Counted from the stretch's first letter, positions 37,856 through 48,529 are shown. The stretch: DNA of 64,000 bases from an uncultured Thermoleophilia bacterium (GCA_963767505.1 CAVYDV010000008.1:166937-230936), one strand, 5' to 3'. Notes: a model not told the origin generated them from the sequence alone. Translations and numbers: made by a program.

Positions 37856-38588
37856 GTGAGCGCGGGCGTCCTCCTCGTCGTCTGGGGCTTCGCCAGCCGA
37901 CTGCTGCCGGCGCTGCCCGTCAGTCTCAACGTGCATGCTCTCCTCGGCTATCTCACTGACGCTCATGGCGGCGATCGTGTGGGGCCTTGTGCCCTCTGGC
38001 CGCGCTCGGCAGGCGACTGCTGCTGATCGTCGCCGTGGCCTTGCCCTTGGCGATGCTTCTTGTGTGGCTCGGAGCGGTCCCGTTCGCCAACCTCGCCAAG
38101 ATCGTGGCCGCCGCCGCTTTCGGACTCTGGATCGCCGCCGAGATCGAACGGGTCAGCTGGATCATCGTCGTGGCCGTGGTCTCCGCCGTGACCGACATCG
38201 TGAGCGTCGCCATCGGGCCGACGCAGGAAGATCCTGGATGACGGGCCGGTGCTCATCGGCTATTTCGCCGTGATCATGACGTGGTTCGGGTACGCGTGGA
38301 GCGAGGCTCACTCCGCCATCGGCATGAGCGACGTCATCTTCTTCGCGCTCTATCTGGGGGCGGCACGGAGCTTCGGGCTGCGCGAACGACTGAGCGCCGT
38401 GGTCATGATCGCCTCGTTCCTCGTGACCCTGGCCGTGGCGATGTGGTGGACGGCACTACCGGCGCTGCCGCTGCTCTCGCTCTCGTTCCTGGCCGTGAAC
38501 GCCGATCTGCTGTGGCGCGGCGCGAGGCCCGGCGCCGACGCGCGCGCCGCCGGCCTTCCGCAGAGCTCGCGAACAGCCTCAGTCCTGA
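37856..38588 (+). CDS. Polytopic membrane protein with TD / GMSD / PAL motifs (possible GxGD-type intramembrane protease); 3 or more apparent frameshifts, both ends uncertain
   Basis: Hydrophobic segments are spread over track ORFs 37739..38026, 37935..38273, 37987..38241 (...VVAVVSAVTDIVSVAIGPT) and 38249..38989 (...HSAIGMSDVIFFALYLGAA...WWTALPALPLLSLSF...). Beyond about 38580 the open frame is antisense to the rlmD-like gene. Confidence 0.45.
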
Positions 38589-39965
38589 CGGACGAAGAGC
38601 GCCACCGTCTCGACGTGGTGCGTCTGCGGGAACATGTCGACGGGTGCGACGCGCTCGAGGCGGTAGCCGTGCTCGCACAGCTCCGCCCCGTTGCCGGCCA
38701 GCGTCGTGGGGTTGCACGACACGTAGACGAAGCGGTCGGCGCCGAGGGCGGCGGCACGCTGCAGCGCCTTGCGGGCCATGCCCGCGCGCGGCGGATCGAC
38801 GATCACCACGGATGGACGCTCGGCCGTTCGCTGGCGCTCGGCGTCCAGCGTGGGGTGGGGAGGGAACCTGAGCAACGGCCGCACGTCCTTCGCATGGAAG
38901 TCGGCGTTGAGGACTCCGTTGAGCGAGGCGTTGACGCGCGCCGCCGCGATCGCCTCGTCCTGGATCTCGACGGCCTGCACGGTCCGTAGCGATGAGCGCC
39001 AGCGGGAGGCTGAGAGAGCCGATGCCGCAGTAGAGGTCGACGGCGGGGCGGGCTCCGTCCGGAGAGGCGAACTCGAGCGCCGTCGCGTAGAGGACTTCGC
39101 ACATCTCGCTGTTCGTCTGCAGGAAGGCCGTCGCGGGCACTCGGAGGTCGACGCCGGCAAGCGTCTCGTGCAGGTACGGCTCTCCCAGGAGCATGAAGGG
39201 GCCGTCGCCGACAGCGGCGTCGGCGGGGGTGGAGTTGACGGTGACGCCGAACGACGTGCAGCCGGACTCGGCCGCGACTCTCTCGAGCAGCTCCTCCTCC
39301 TCGGAGAAGCGGGACTTCACGAACAGGTTGAGCAGCAGGTCGCCGCCGCTTCCTTCGCGCACGACGAGGTGCCTGAGCAGTCCCGTGGCGTCGTCGCGCG
39401 AGTATGGCGGCAGGTCCAGGGCGCGACAGGCTTCGGCAACGGCAGTGCGGGCTCGCACCATGCGCTCCGAGGCGATCCGACAGGCCGACGTCTCGACGAT
39501 CTCGTTCCAGGAGCCGCGGCGGTGCAGGCCGAGCAGCAGCTCGCCGCCGGGAGTCTGACCGAACGAGAACTCCATCTTGTTGCGGTAGCGCCACGGATCG
39601 TCCATGCGGCGGATCGGGTCGAGCGCGTAGCCCTCGAGGCGCCCGATGTGCTGCAGAGACTCGACCACCTGGCGCTGCTTGAACTCGAGCTGGGCGTCGT
39701 ACGACAAGGTCTGCCACTCGCAGCCGCCGCACTCCGCGGCGTGGGCGCAGAGCGGCGGGACGCGTCGTGGGGAGGGGGTGAGCGTCTCGATGACCCGCGC
39801 CTCGGCATGGCTGCGTTTGCGCTTGGTCACCCGTGCCCGGACGCGATCGCCCGGGACGGCGCCGCGGACGAAGACGACGAAGTCGTCGAGTCGTGCGACG
39901 CCCTGCCCGCCGTAGGCGAGCGAGTCGACGTCGAGTTCGACGATGTCTCCGGTGCGTGGCGGCAT
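38579..39965 (-). CDS. 23S rRNA (uracil-C5)-methyltransferase, RlmD/TrmA family, with TRAM domain and 4-Cys cluster; one apparent frameshift near 38990
   Basis: Track ORF 38403..39965 holds TRAM (GDIVELDVDSLAYGGQGVARL), the Cys cluster (CAHAAECGGCEWQ) and DLYCGIGSLSLPLA. ORF 38579..39160 holds VIVDPPRAGM...YVSCNPTTLA...DMFPQTHHVE. Confidence 0.85.
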
Positions 39966-40125
39966 TCACCGAGTGTATCCGCTGCCGACTGCGGCAGCGA
40001 ACCGCGGCGATTGTCCACCACACAGCAACGCCAAGGCCTGCGCATGCGGTTCGCGAACTGGTACAGTGGCTTCCGCGGCCACTGGCGGCTTGGCGCCGCT
40101 ATCATCGTTGCTCAAGGAGAGACTC

Positions 40126-41626
40126 GTGACGATGCTCGATCTCGAACGCTACCGGCAGCGCGCCGAGGAGTTCATCGGCGCGCTCGACAAGGAGGGCTAC
40201 GAGCACTACTCGGGCCGGAAGGCCGTCTGCGACACGGCAGCTGTGTACGATCGCTACCCGGATCTCTTCACGCGCGAGGCCATCGCTCAGCTCAACCAGC
40301 TCTACGACGCGGCCGTGGACGACGAGAAGCGTCGCCTGGCCTACCTTCTGGCGTTCACCGTAGACGGCTACATGGGCGAGGAGACGAAGCACCTCGGCGA
40401 CGAGCTCGCGAACACCGAAGGCCAGGCCACGATCGTCGTGGACGGGGAGACCATCAGTCTGCGGCAGGCGGGCGTGGCGCAGGCCAATGAGGCCGACTTC
40501 GGGCGGCGCGAGCGCATCCAGGAGGCTCGTCTCGCGGCGGTCTCAGCACAGCTCAATCCGCTGCTCGACCGGCTGTGGCGCCGCTGCCACGACCTCGCGG
40601 TCGATCTCGGCTATCCCAACTACCTCGAGCTGTACGAGGAGGTCCAGGGCATCGACTACGGCCGCCTGCGCGCCGAGCTCGAGGGCTTCCTGAGCGACAC
40701 CGCCGGCCTGTACGAGCGCGTCATGGACAACCTCGTCCGGGAGCGTCTCGGCATCCCGATGAGCAAGCTGCGCTACGCCGACCTGCCCTACCTGTGGCGG
40801 GCTCCCGACTACGACCATGTCTTCCGGGCCGACCGGCTGGTGCCGACGCTCAAGAGTACGCTCGCCGGGCTCGGCATCGACCTCGATGCGCAGGGCAACG
40901 TCCACCTGGACACCGAGGTCCGCGAGCTCAAGTCACCACGGGCGTTCTGCTCTCCGGTGCGCGTGCCCGAGGAGATCTACCTCGTGGTCCTCCCCCACGG
41001 CGGGCAGGACGACTACTCGGCGCTCCTGCACGAGGCGGGGCACGCCGAGCACTTCGCCCACGTGCGCCCGGACCTCCCGTTCGAGTACCGCTTTCTCGGC
41101 GACAACGCCGTCACCGAGGCATTCGCCTTCCTGTTCGAGCATCTGCTGCTCAACCGGCGCTGGCTCGACGAGTTCCCTGGGGTTCACGGATGCCGACGAG
41201 TATCTTCGCTTCGCGAACGCGAACGACCTCTTCTTCATGCGCCGCTATATCGCGAAGCTGGCCTACGAGACGGAGCTGCACGTCCAGACGGGCCCGCTCG
41301 ACACCATGGCCGCTGCGTACTCCAGGCGCCTCAGCACGGCTCTCATGATCGACGTGCCGCCGCAGAGCTACCTTGCCGACGTCGATGACGGCTTCTACTG
41401 CGCGAGCTACCTCCGCGCCTGGCTGTTCGAGGGCGCCCTGCGCATGATGCTGCAGGATCGGTACGGCATGGACTGGTTCCGTCAGCCCGACGCGGCCGCC
41501 TGGATCAACGAGCTCTGGTCGCAGGGGCAGCACTACCCCGCCGAGCGCCTGCTGCTGAAGCACGGTGGTGGCAGGCTCGACGCGGATCCGCTCAAGCATC
41601 ACATCGAGCGCGCCCTCGGCCGCTAG
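40126..41626 (+). CDS. M3-family (oligoendopeptidase F-like) zinc metallopeptidase; one apparent frameshift near 41170
   Basis: Track ORFs 39943..41388 and 40817..41626. The zinc motif is LLHEAGHAEH. AAGGAGA precedes GTG 40126 / ATG 40132. Confidence 0.75.
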
Positions 41627-41642
41627 CCGGAGTCGCGGAACG

Positions 41643-42042
41643 TCAGTTCCCGGCCAGGGCGCTGACGAGCACGCGGCGTCGCCGAGGACCGTCGAACTCG
41701 GCGAAGTAGACGCCCTGCCAGGTCCCGAGCTGGAGCCGGCCGTCCACGACGGGAATGGTCACGCTGCTCCCCATGAGGCTGGCCTTGACGTGAGCGTCGG
41801 AGTTGCCCTCGCTGTGGGCGAAGGCCAGCGTGTCGGGCACCATGCGGTCGAGTGCCATCTCCATGTCGGAGCGCACCGTCGGGTCGGCGTTCTCGTTGAT
41901 CGTGATGCCGGCGGTCGTGTGCGGCACGTAGGCCACGAGAGCTCCGCTCGTCACTCCGAGTGACCGCGCGACGGCCATGAGTCGCGGCGTGATGTCGACG
42001 AACGCTGACGCGCCGATCGGTGTGCACCTCGAACGACTCCAT
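41643..42042 (-). CDS. YjbQ/UPF0047-family protein (secondary thiamine-phosphate synthase-like); one apparent frameshift near 41990
   Basis: Track ORF 41643..41978 reads ...VPHTTAGITINENADPTVRSDM...HSEGNSDAHVKASLMGSSVTIPV..GRLQLGTWQGVYF.EFDGPR.R. The N-terminus MESFEVHTDRR is in another frame, starting at ATG 42042 with GGAGG 5 nt upstream. Confidence 0.8.
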
Positions 42043-42050
42043 ACGGCCTC

Positions 42051-42705
42051 CTAGAAGATGCCGAGTCCGCGCCTCCTGCGAGGCGCCCCGGTGCGGTGTG
42101 GGACGGTGAGCCGCTGCTTGATGGCGGTCACCACGTCCTCGGTGGAGCGCACGGGGTCGGGGACCTCCGTGTAGCACGCCATCAGCCGCGTCACTTCGTG
42201 TGCGTCGCTGCCCCCCGTACGCGCCACGCCCAGCTCGGCGGCGATCGCGTCGGCGGACTGGACGTACTGATCGCCCAGCCAGTTGCCGTTGTAGACCTCG
42301 ACGGCGTCGACGACGTCCGCGACGAGGGCTTCCATGCCGGGCGAGTACGCAGACCGGCTGCGGCCGCCACCGGCCGCCGGATGTACCCACACGAGGGCCG
42401 CGTGATCTGCGAGTTCTCCCGGAACGGGCACGTCCTGGACGGTCGCGAAAGCCGTCGAGGTAGTCGAGGTCGGGCGAGAACACGACGAAGTCGCCTAGCG
42501 GCGTGCTTATCTCCACTCCGTGGATGAGCAGCACCCCATCGGCGCGCAGGGCGCCCTCGAGTCGTCGGGCGTCGCCGGTGTCGCCGTGGTTGGTGAGGGC
42601 GATCGCCTCGACCCGATGCTGATAGCACCAGGTGACGTAGTCCCGGTAGCTGATCCGCGAGCAGCTCGACGCCGGATACGTATGAGTGTGGAGGTCGACG
42701 TTCAT
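42051..42705 (-). CDS. PHP-domain metal-dependent phosphoesterase; one apparent frameshift near 42440
   Basis: The N-terminus MNVDLHTHTYPASSCS...IALTNHGD is at the start of track ORF 41623..42705. The C-terminus is in ORF 42051..42431 (...GGSDAHE...). There is no SD sequence. A perfect TATAAT lies 8 nt upstream of the ATG. Confidence 0.8.
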
Positions 42706-42713
42706 CGTCTTGG

Positions 42714-42721
42714 ATTATAGA
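42714..42721. promoter_or_regulatory. Shared AT-rich core (ATTATAGA) of a 27-nt divergent intergenic region: -10 TATAAT for the minus-strand PHP gene, TATAGA for the plus-strand DUF4388 gene
   Basis: The minus-strand TATAAT is the complement of 42714-42719 and ends 8 nt before ATG 42705. This implies a leaderless or 1-2-nt-leader mRNA. The plus-strand TATAGA (42716-42721) lies 11 nt before ATG 42733. Confidence 0.4.
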
Positions 42722-42732
42722 CTCGGACGACG

Positions 42733-43565
42733 ATGGAGGGCACGCTCGATACATTTGGCGTGGTCGAGATGCTCCAGACACTCGGCCGGACGAAGCTGTC
42801 CGGCACGCTCCACATCGAATGCCCGCAGCGCCTCATCGACGTCCACTTCGTGCGTGGGCGCATCGCCGAGACGCGGGACTCCACACGCGTCGCCGTCGGC
42901 TCCGGTGATCGGCCGCCGCCTCGTCGAGAAGGCGCTCATCGCCGAGCCCCAGCTGACGCAAGCGCTCGTCCAGCAGGAGGTTCACCCGCGGCCCCTCGGA
43001 ACACTGCTCGTCGAGCGTGGCTTCGTGGCCGAGAGCGACCTGCGTGAGGTGCTGTCCCGGCAGGTCGCCAACACGCTGATCGCCGCACGCGTCGAGACGA
43101 GCGGCGAGTTCCTGTTCATCACGGACCACCAGCCGCCCGGACGCGGACTTCATCACCATCGATACGCAGGCCGTGCTCATCGACATCTCGTACCTCGGCG
43201 AGGAGTTCTGCCGCGCCGTCGAGGTGCTGGGGCAGGACGACACGGTGCTCGTGCGCAACGCCTACCATCCGCAGGCCGAGGATCTCGCCTCAGGCGGACG
43301 CGACGAGGCGTGGGTGCTCGCCCAGGTCGATGGCCGGCGCACGGTGCGCGACATCGTCACGGCCTCGCGGCTTGAGGAGATCACCGGGATCAGCATGCTG
43401 GGCGGACTCGTCGAGTCCGGGATGCTTCTCGTCAAGGTCGGACTGCGGGAGGCGGCGGAGCCGGACGCCGTGCTGAAGGCGCACCGCGACACGGTGTGGG
43501 CAGAGGTCAGCCGCCTGTTCGATGCCGCTGGCGAGGGACAGATCGCGGGGCCGGAGACCCCCTGA
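42733..43565 (+). CDS. DUF4388-domain protein with a GspE-N/MshEN-like middle domain; 2 apparent frameshifts (about 42890 and 43150)
   Basis: Track ORFs 42733..43047 (MEGTLDTFGVVEMLQTLGRTKLSGTLHIE), 42686..43375 (LGTLLVERGFVAESDLREVLSRQ) and 43173..43565. Confidence 0.6.
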
Positions 43566-43771
43566 ACCCAGGGCTCGGCGTCGCGTCGATCTCGCTCCGC
43601 GCAGCAGCCCCGCGTGGGCAGTCTCGCTTCCAGGTATCGCCTCTTCCGGCCAAGCCCTCTGCTGGGCTGCCCTGTTCCGGGAACGCCCCAGGACAGCGGG
43701 CCTGCCGCGTCGTGTGGCCGGCGCTCCTGGCTGCGACACGCGCTCCAGGGTGTCGCTCCGCGGTCGCCCAT

Positions 43772-43847
43772 GATATGATACGATGGCACTCAGATATGAG
43801 GGCGCGGTGAGGTTTGAGAGGAGCCGCGCCGTGGTAAGATATGATAC
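43772..43847 (+). promoter_or_regulatory. dnaK leader/promoter region with three copies of GATATGA (two as GATATGATAC)
   Basis: The copies start at 43772, 43793 and 43838. Each contains a TATGAT or TATGAG -10-like hexamer. This is the only AT-rich patch in the 335-nt intergenic region. The imperfect palindrome CACTCAGATATGAGGG lies at 43787-43802. Confidence 0.35.
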
Positions 43848-43900
43848 TCACACGCTCAGGTATTCCGCGTGTCATTCCGTGATTCCCAAGGAGGAGCTCT

Positions 43901-45790
43901 ATGGGCAAGGTAATCGGCATCGACCTCGGCACGACCAACAGCTGCATGGGCGTGCTCGAGGGCGGCGAACCGACGGTGATACCGAACAGCGAGGGTGGGC
44001 GCACGACTCCGTCGGTGGTCGCCTTCTCGAAGAGCGGCGAGCGTCTCGTCGGCAGCGTCGCCCGGCGTCAGGCGGTGACCAACCCCGAGAACACCGTGTT
44101 CTCGATCAAGCGCTTCATGGGTCGCAAGTTCGGGGACGTCGCCGAAGAGATGACGATCGTGCCGTACCACGTGAAGGCCGCCGCGAACGGCGACGCCGCC
44201 GTGGACGTCAGCGGTAATTCATACACGCCGCCCGAGATTTCGGCGATGATCCTGCAGAAGCTCAAGCGCGACGCGGAGGAGTACCTCGGAGAGAAGGTCA
44301 CGGAGGCGGTCGTCACCGTGCCGGCCTACTTCAACGACTCCCAGCGCCAGGCCACGAAGGACGCCGGCAAGATCGCAGGACTCGACGTCAAGCGCATCAT
44401 CAACGAGCCGACCGCGGCGGCACTCGCCTACGGTCTCGACAAGGAGCACGACCAGACCATCCTCGTCTTCGACCTCGGCGGCGGGACGTTCGACGTGTCG
44501 ATCCTCGACCTCGGCGACGGTGTCTTCGAGGTGCGCTCGACCAACGGCGACACCCACCTCGGAGGCGACAACTTCGACAAGGCGATCGTCGATTGGATGG
44601 TGGCCGAGTTCAAGCAGAGCCAGGGCATCGACCTCGGCAAGGACAAGATGGCCCTTCAGCGCCTGTACGAGGCTGCCGAGAAGGCCAAGATCGAGCTGTC
44701 GACGACTGCCACGACGAGCGTGAACCTGCCGTTCATCACGGCCGACGAGAACGGACCCAAGCATCTTGACCTCACGCTCTCGCGGGCGAAGTTCGACGAG
44801 CTCACGCATGACCTGGTCGAGCGCGTCGTCGCTCCGGTGAACAGCGCCATCGCCGATGCGGGCCTCAAGGCCTCCGACATCGACCATGTCATCCTGGTCG
44901 GCGGCATGACGCGCACGCCTGCGGTCCAGGAGCGTGTCCGTCAGCTCATCGGCAAGGACCCGCACAAGGGTGTGAACCCGGACGAGGTCGTGGCCGTGGG
45001 CGCAGCCATCCAGGGCGGCGTGCTGGCCGGCGACGTCAAGGACGTCCTGCTTCTGGACGTCACTCCGCTGAGTCTCGGCATCGAGACCAAGGGCAACGTC
45101 TTCACCAAGCTCATCGAGCGCAACACCACCATCCCGACGAAGCGCAGCGAGACGTTTAGTACCGCCGACGACAATCAGACCAGCGTCGAGATCCACGTGC
45201 TCCAGGGCGAGCGCGAGATGGCCCGCTACAACAAGACCTTGGGCAAGTTCCAGCTGGTGGGCATTCCGCCGGCGCCGCGCGGCATCCCGCAGATCGAGGT
45301 CACGTTCGACATCGACGCCAACGGCATCGTCCACGTGAGCGCGAAGGACCTCGGGACCGGCAACGAGCAGAAGATCACGATCACCGCCAGCAGCGGACTC
45401 GACGAGAAGGACATCGAGCGCATGATGCAGGACGCTGAGGCGCACGCCGACGAGGACCGGAAGGCGCGCGAGACGGTCGAGATCAAGAACAACGCCGAGA
45501 ACCTGCTCTACAGCACGGAGAAGTCTCTGCGTGACATGGGCGACAAGGTCGACGAGTCCACCAAGACGGAGATCGAGGCGGCTGCCGCGGAGCTCAGGAC
45601 GGCGCTCGAGGGCGACGACCAGGAAGTCATCAAAGAGAAGACGGACGCCCTCATGCAGGCCTCGCACAAGCTGGCCGAGGCCGTGTACCAGCAGGCTCAA
45701 CAGCAGCAGCCTCCTCAGGGAGACGGCGGCGACGATGAGCACGTCGAGGAGGGCGACTACGAGGTCATCGACGAAGAAGAGAACGAGTGA
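43901..45790 (+). CDS. dnaK: Molecular chaperone DnaK (Hsp70)
   Basis: Track ORF, 629 aa, intact. GGAGGAG lies 4 nt upstream of the ATG. Canonical [17 protein letters not shown] and EEVD-like acidic tail. Confidence 0.98.
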   Translation: MGKVIGIDLGTTNSCMGVLEGGEPTVIPNSEGGRTTPSVVAFSKSGERLVGSVARRQAVTNPENTVFSIKRFMGRKFGDVAEEMTIVPYHVKAAANGDAAVDVSGNSYTPPEISAMILQKLKRDAEEYLGEKVTEAVVTVPAYFNDSQRQATKDAGKIAGLDVKRIINEPTAAALAYGLDKEHDQTILVFDLGGGTFDVSILDLGDGVFEVRSTNGDTHLGGDNFDKAIVDWMVAEFKQSQGIDLGKDKMALQRLYEAAEKAKIELSTTATTSVNLPFITADENGPKHLDLTLSRAKFDELTHDLVERVVAPVNSAIADAGLKASDIDHVILVGGMTRTPAVQERVRQLIGKDPHKGVNPDEVVAVGAAIQGGVLAGDVKDVLLLDVTPLSLGIETKGNVFTKLIERNTTIPTKRSETFSTADDNQTSVEIHVLQGEREMARYNKTLGKFQLVGIPPAPRGIPQIEVTFDIDANGIVHVSAKDLGTGNEQKITITASSGLDEKDIERMMQDAEAHADEDRKARETVEIKNNAENLLYSTEKSLRDMGDKVDESTKTEIEAAAAELRTALEGDDQEVIKEKTDALMQASHKLAEAVYQQAQQQQPPQGDGGDDEHVEEGDYEVIDEEENE

Positions 45791-45812
45791 ACCTGTACGC
45801 AGGAGGTAGACC

Positions 45813-46298
45813 ATGGCGGTCATCAGATGGGATCCGTTTCGCGAGATGACGCAGCAGACCCAGAGCCAGATCAACAAGCTGGTCGATCAGGTCTGGGGCG
45901 GGCGTCAGGAGAGCTGGCTGCCGGCGATCGACGTCTTCGATACCAAGGACGCCGTCGTGCTCAAGGCGGAGCTTGCGGGGATGAACCCCGACGATATCCA
46001 GATCGAAGTCGAGGACAACGTCCTCACCGTGAAGGGTGAACGTCGCTTCGAGGAGGCGGTCGACGAGGAGCGCTACTACAGAGTCGAGCGGCGCTTCGGC
46101 AGCTTCCAGCGCAGCCTGGCCCTTCCTCAGGGGGTCAGGGCCGAGGACATCTCGGCCAGCTACGAGGACGGCATCCTCACGATCTCGGTGCCCAAGGTCG
46201 AAGAGGAGAAGCCGAAGCGCATCGAGGTGAAGGCGACGAAGCCTGTCGACACGACCAAGACCGTCGACACGCAGGGCCTCGAGGACGATCAGGCGTAG
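45813..46298 (+). CDS. Small heat-shock protein (Hsp20/alpha-crystallin family)
   Basis: Track ORF, 161 aa, intact. It contains the alpha-crystallin domain (AIDVFDTKDAVVLKAELAGMNPDDIQIEVEDNVLTVKGER...GILTISVPK). Confidence 0.9.
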   Translation: MAVIRWDPFREMTQQTQSQINKLVDQVWGGRQESWLPAIDVFDTKDAVVLKAELAGMNPDDIQIEVEDNVLTVKGERRFEEAVDEERYYRVERRFGSFQRSLALPQGVRAEDISASYEDGILTISVPKVEEEKPKRIEVKATKPVDTTKTVDTQGLEDDQA

Positions 46299-46321
46299 GT
46301 CGGAACACCCAAACGAGACGT

Positions 46322-46360
46322 GGGGGACGCGCGGAGCGCCAGGCGCGCTGCGCGTCCCCC
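46322..46360 (+). other. Perfect 11-bp GC hairpin between hsp20 and grpE
   Basis: GGGGGACGCGC (46322-46332), a 17-nt loop that is itself partly self-complementary, then GCGCGTCCCCC (46350-46360). There is no U-tract. Confidence 0.5.
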
Positions 46361-46384
46361 CGATCGAGGAGCACAAGGACAGCT

Positions 46385-46963
46385 ATGGCGGAGATGAAGC
46401 AAGGCCAGGAGAGCCCGCTCGAGTCCGACCCTGCAGCGGCAGAGGGCGGGGAGGGAGGGATGTCGGCGGAAGTGCCGGCGACCGGAGAGGTCGCGCTCGA
46501 GAGTGCCGAGCACGAGGACGAGTTCGCTCGCGTGACCCGCGAGCGTGACGAGTACCTCGACCACCTCCAGCGCCTTCAGGCGGAGTTCGACAACTACCGC
46601 AAGCGGGTGCAGCGCGACGGCGAGGCGGCGCGGCTGCGTGCAGCCGAAGTCGTCGTCGAGTCCCTGCTGCCTGTCGTCGACAATCTCGCGAGGGCGCTCG
46701 AGGCGGCCGACCAGCACGATCAGGGTCAGCTGACGGAGGGCCTCCAGCTAGTGGCCGAGCAACTGCGCTCTGCGCTCGCGGCACACGGCCTCGAGGAGCT
46801 GGAGGTCGCGGTCGGCATGCAGTTCGACCCCGCCGTCCACGAAGCTGTCCTGACGCAGGAGTCCGAGAGCGAGGAGGAGGGCACGGTGGTCCAGGTCCTG
46901 GAACGTGGCTACCTGCTGCACGGCAGGCTGTTGCGCCCGGCCAAGGTCATCGTGGCCCGCTGA
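46385..46963 (+). CDS. grpE: Nucleotide exchange factor GrpE
   Basis: Track ORF, 192 aa, intact. It contains RLQAEFDNYRKR, the beta C-terminal domain, and RPAKV.V. Confidence 0.9.
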   Translation: MAEMKQGQESPLESDPAAAEGGEGGMSAEVPATGEVALESAEHEDEFARVTRERDEYLDHLQRLQAEFDNYRKRVQRDGEAARLRAAEVVVESLLPVVDNLARALEAADQHDQGQLTEGLQLVAEQLRSALAAHGLEELEVAVGMQFDPAVHEAVLTQESESEEEGTVVQVLERGYLLHGRLLRPAKVIVAR

Positions 46964-46966
46964 CGC

Positions 46967-48085
46967 ATGGGCGATTTCTACCAGACACTCGGAGTCTCGA
47001 GGAATGCCACCCAGGACGACCTCAAGAAGGCCTTTCGCAATCTCGCTCGCGAGCATCACCCGGACAAGAACCCGGGCGACAAGGTGGCCGAGGAGAAGTT
47101 CAAGGAGGTCAGCCAGGCGTACGAGACGCTCTCCGATCCAGAGAAGCGCAAGCAGTACGACGAGATGAGCCGTCTCGGCGCATTCGGTCCGGGTGCTGGC
47201 GGCTACAGGCCCGACGGGGCCCCGGGCGGGTTCGACCCGAGCATGTTCGGGCAGGGCGGCGCCCAGTTCGACGTGGGCGACCTGAGCGACATCCTCGGTA
47301 ACCTGTTCGGCGGTGGCGCCGGGCGCGCCCGGCGCCAGGGCCCCGAACGCGGGGACGACCTGCAGGTCGCGGTGACGCTGACCTTCGAGGACTCCCTGCA
47401 TGGCGCCACCGTGCGCGTGCCCGTGGAGAAGCCGGTGGCTTGCGAGACCTGCCACGGCAGCGGCGCCAAGCCCGGCACGACCCCCGAGGTCTGCCCGGAG
47501 TGCGAGGGCCGCGGCGTCGTGGCTCGCAATCAGGGCCCGTTCGCGCTTTCGCAGAGCTGCCCCCGCTGCCAGGGCCAGGGCACGATCATCCCCCACCCGT
47601 GCCGCACGTGCCGAGGCACGGGCGTCGAGCACAAGACCCGCCGCTACTCGGTCAAGATCCCCCCGGGGGTCAAGGACGGCAACAAGATCCGCGTCAAGGG
47701 CAAGGGCGAGGCCGGACCTCGCGGTGGACCGGCGGGAGACCTGTACGTCATCGTCCAGGTGGAGGAAGACGAGCTGTTCGAGCGCAGCGGCGACGATGTG
47801 GTCCTCGAGCTGCCGATCACGGTCGCCGAGGCGACCCTGGGCACGCGCGTGAAGGTCCCCACTCCGGGAGGCGGCAGGGTCGCTCTCAAGGTGCCGTCCG
47901 GAACCCAGGATGGGCGCACCCTACGTCTGCGCGGCAAGGGCGCACCGAAGCTCAAGGGCGGCCACGGCGATCTTCACGTGCGCCTGCGTCTGCAGGTGCC
48001 CGACAAGCTGACCAAGGAGCAGCGCGAGCTCTTCGAGAACCTCGCAGAGATCCTCCCTGATCCGCGCGCCGAGGCGTTTGGGTAG
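46967..48085 (+). CDS. dnaJ: Co-chaperone DnaJ
   Basis: Track ORF, 372 aa, intact. It has the J domain (HPDKNPG), a G/F region and four CxxCxGxG repeats. Confidence 0.95.
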   Translation: MGDFYQTLGVSRNATQDDLKKAFRNLAREHHPDKNPGDKVAEEKFKEVSQAYETLSDPEKRKQYDEMSRLGAFGPGAGGYRPDGAPGGFDPSMFGQGGAQFDVGDLSDILGNLFGGGAGRARRQGPERGDDLQVAVTLTFEDSLHGATVRVPVEKPVACETCHGSGAKPGTTPEVCPECEGRGVVARNQGPFALSQSCPRCQGQGTIIPHPCRTCRGTGVEHKTRRYSVKIPPGVKDGNKIRVKGKGEAGPRGGPAGDLYVIVQVEEDELFERSGDDVVLELPITVAEATLGTRVKVPTPGGGRVALKVPSGTQDGRTLRLRGKGAPKLKGGHGDLHVRLRLQVPDKLTKEQRELFENLAEILPDPRAEAFG

Positions 48086-48088
48086 GCC

Positions 48089-48529
48089 ATGGCACGACGT
48101 ACGAAAGGAATCCCGCGAGGGCAGAACGACGAGAGCCAGCGGCCGCTGTTCCTGATCTCGGCCGCCGCCGAGCTCGCCGGCATGCACCCTCAGACGATGC
48201 GGCTGTACGAACGCCGCGGTCTTGTGTGCCCGCAACGTACGGCCAAGAACACGCGGCGCTACTCGGCGAGAGACCTCGAGCGCTTGCGGCGAATCCAGGA
48301 GCTCACAGACATGGGCCTCAACCTGGCGGGAGTCGAGCGCGTCCTGACCATGGAGGCCGAGGCGGAGGCCTTGGCACGCGAGGTCGAGCGCCTGCGTGCG
48401 GGCCTCGAAGAGGCTGCACTCCTGATGCGTCGCGAAGTCGAGCGCGTCGAGAGGGAGCATCGGCTCGAGCTGGTTCCTGTGACCAAGACGCAGATCACCC
48501 CGGTCGGCCGGCGCCAGCGTCGCGGGTGA
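48089..48529 (+). CDS. hspR: MerR-family heat-shock repressor HspR
   Basis: Track ORF, 146 aa, intact. It has the [38 protein letters not shown]. Its position after dnaJ matches actinobacterial dnaK operons. Confidence 0.85.
   Translation: MARRTKGIPRGQNDESQRPLFLISAAAELAGMHPQTMRLYERRGLVCPQRTAKNTRRYSARDLERLRRIQELTDMGLNLAGVERVLTMEAEAEALAREVERLRAGLEEAALLMRREVERVEREHRLELVPVTKTQITPVGRRQRRG

Noticed and set aside
33160-37929. Giant 1589-aa ORF on the minus strand, the longest ORF in the track.
   Set aside because: It runs exactly antisense to four well-supported plus-strand genes (PIP synthase, ino1, pimA-PHP, UDG). Its translation is Arg/Ala/Gly/Asp/Leu-rich with no recognisable domain. In high-GC genes with GC-rich third positions, the antisense frame is naturally poor in stop codons.
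43565-43900. Canonical HspR operator (HAIR, CTTGAGT-N7-ACTCAAG) or CIRCE (TTAGCACTC-N9-GAGTGCTAA) upstream of dnaK.
   Set aside because: Only isolated half-site-like hexamers are present (ACTCAG, TTTGAGA, ACTCAC; GGCACTC followed by N9 but with no right arm). None has the required inverted partner at the right spacing.
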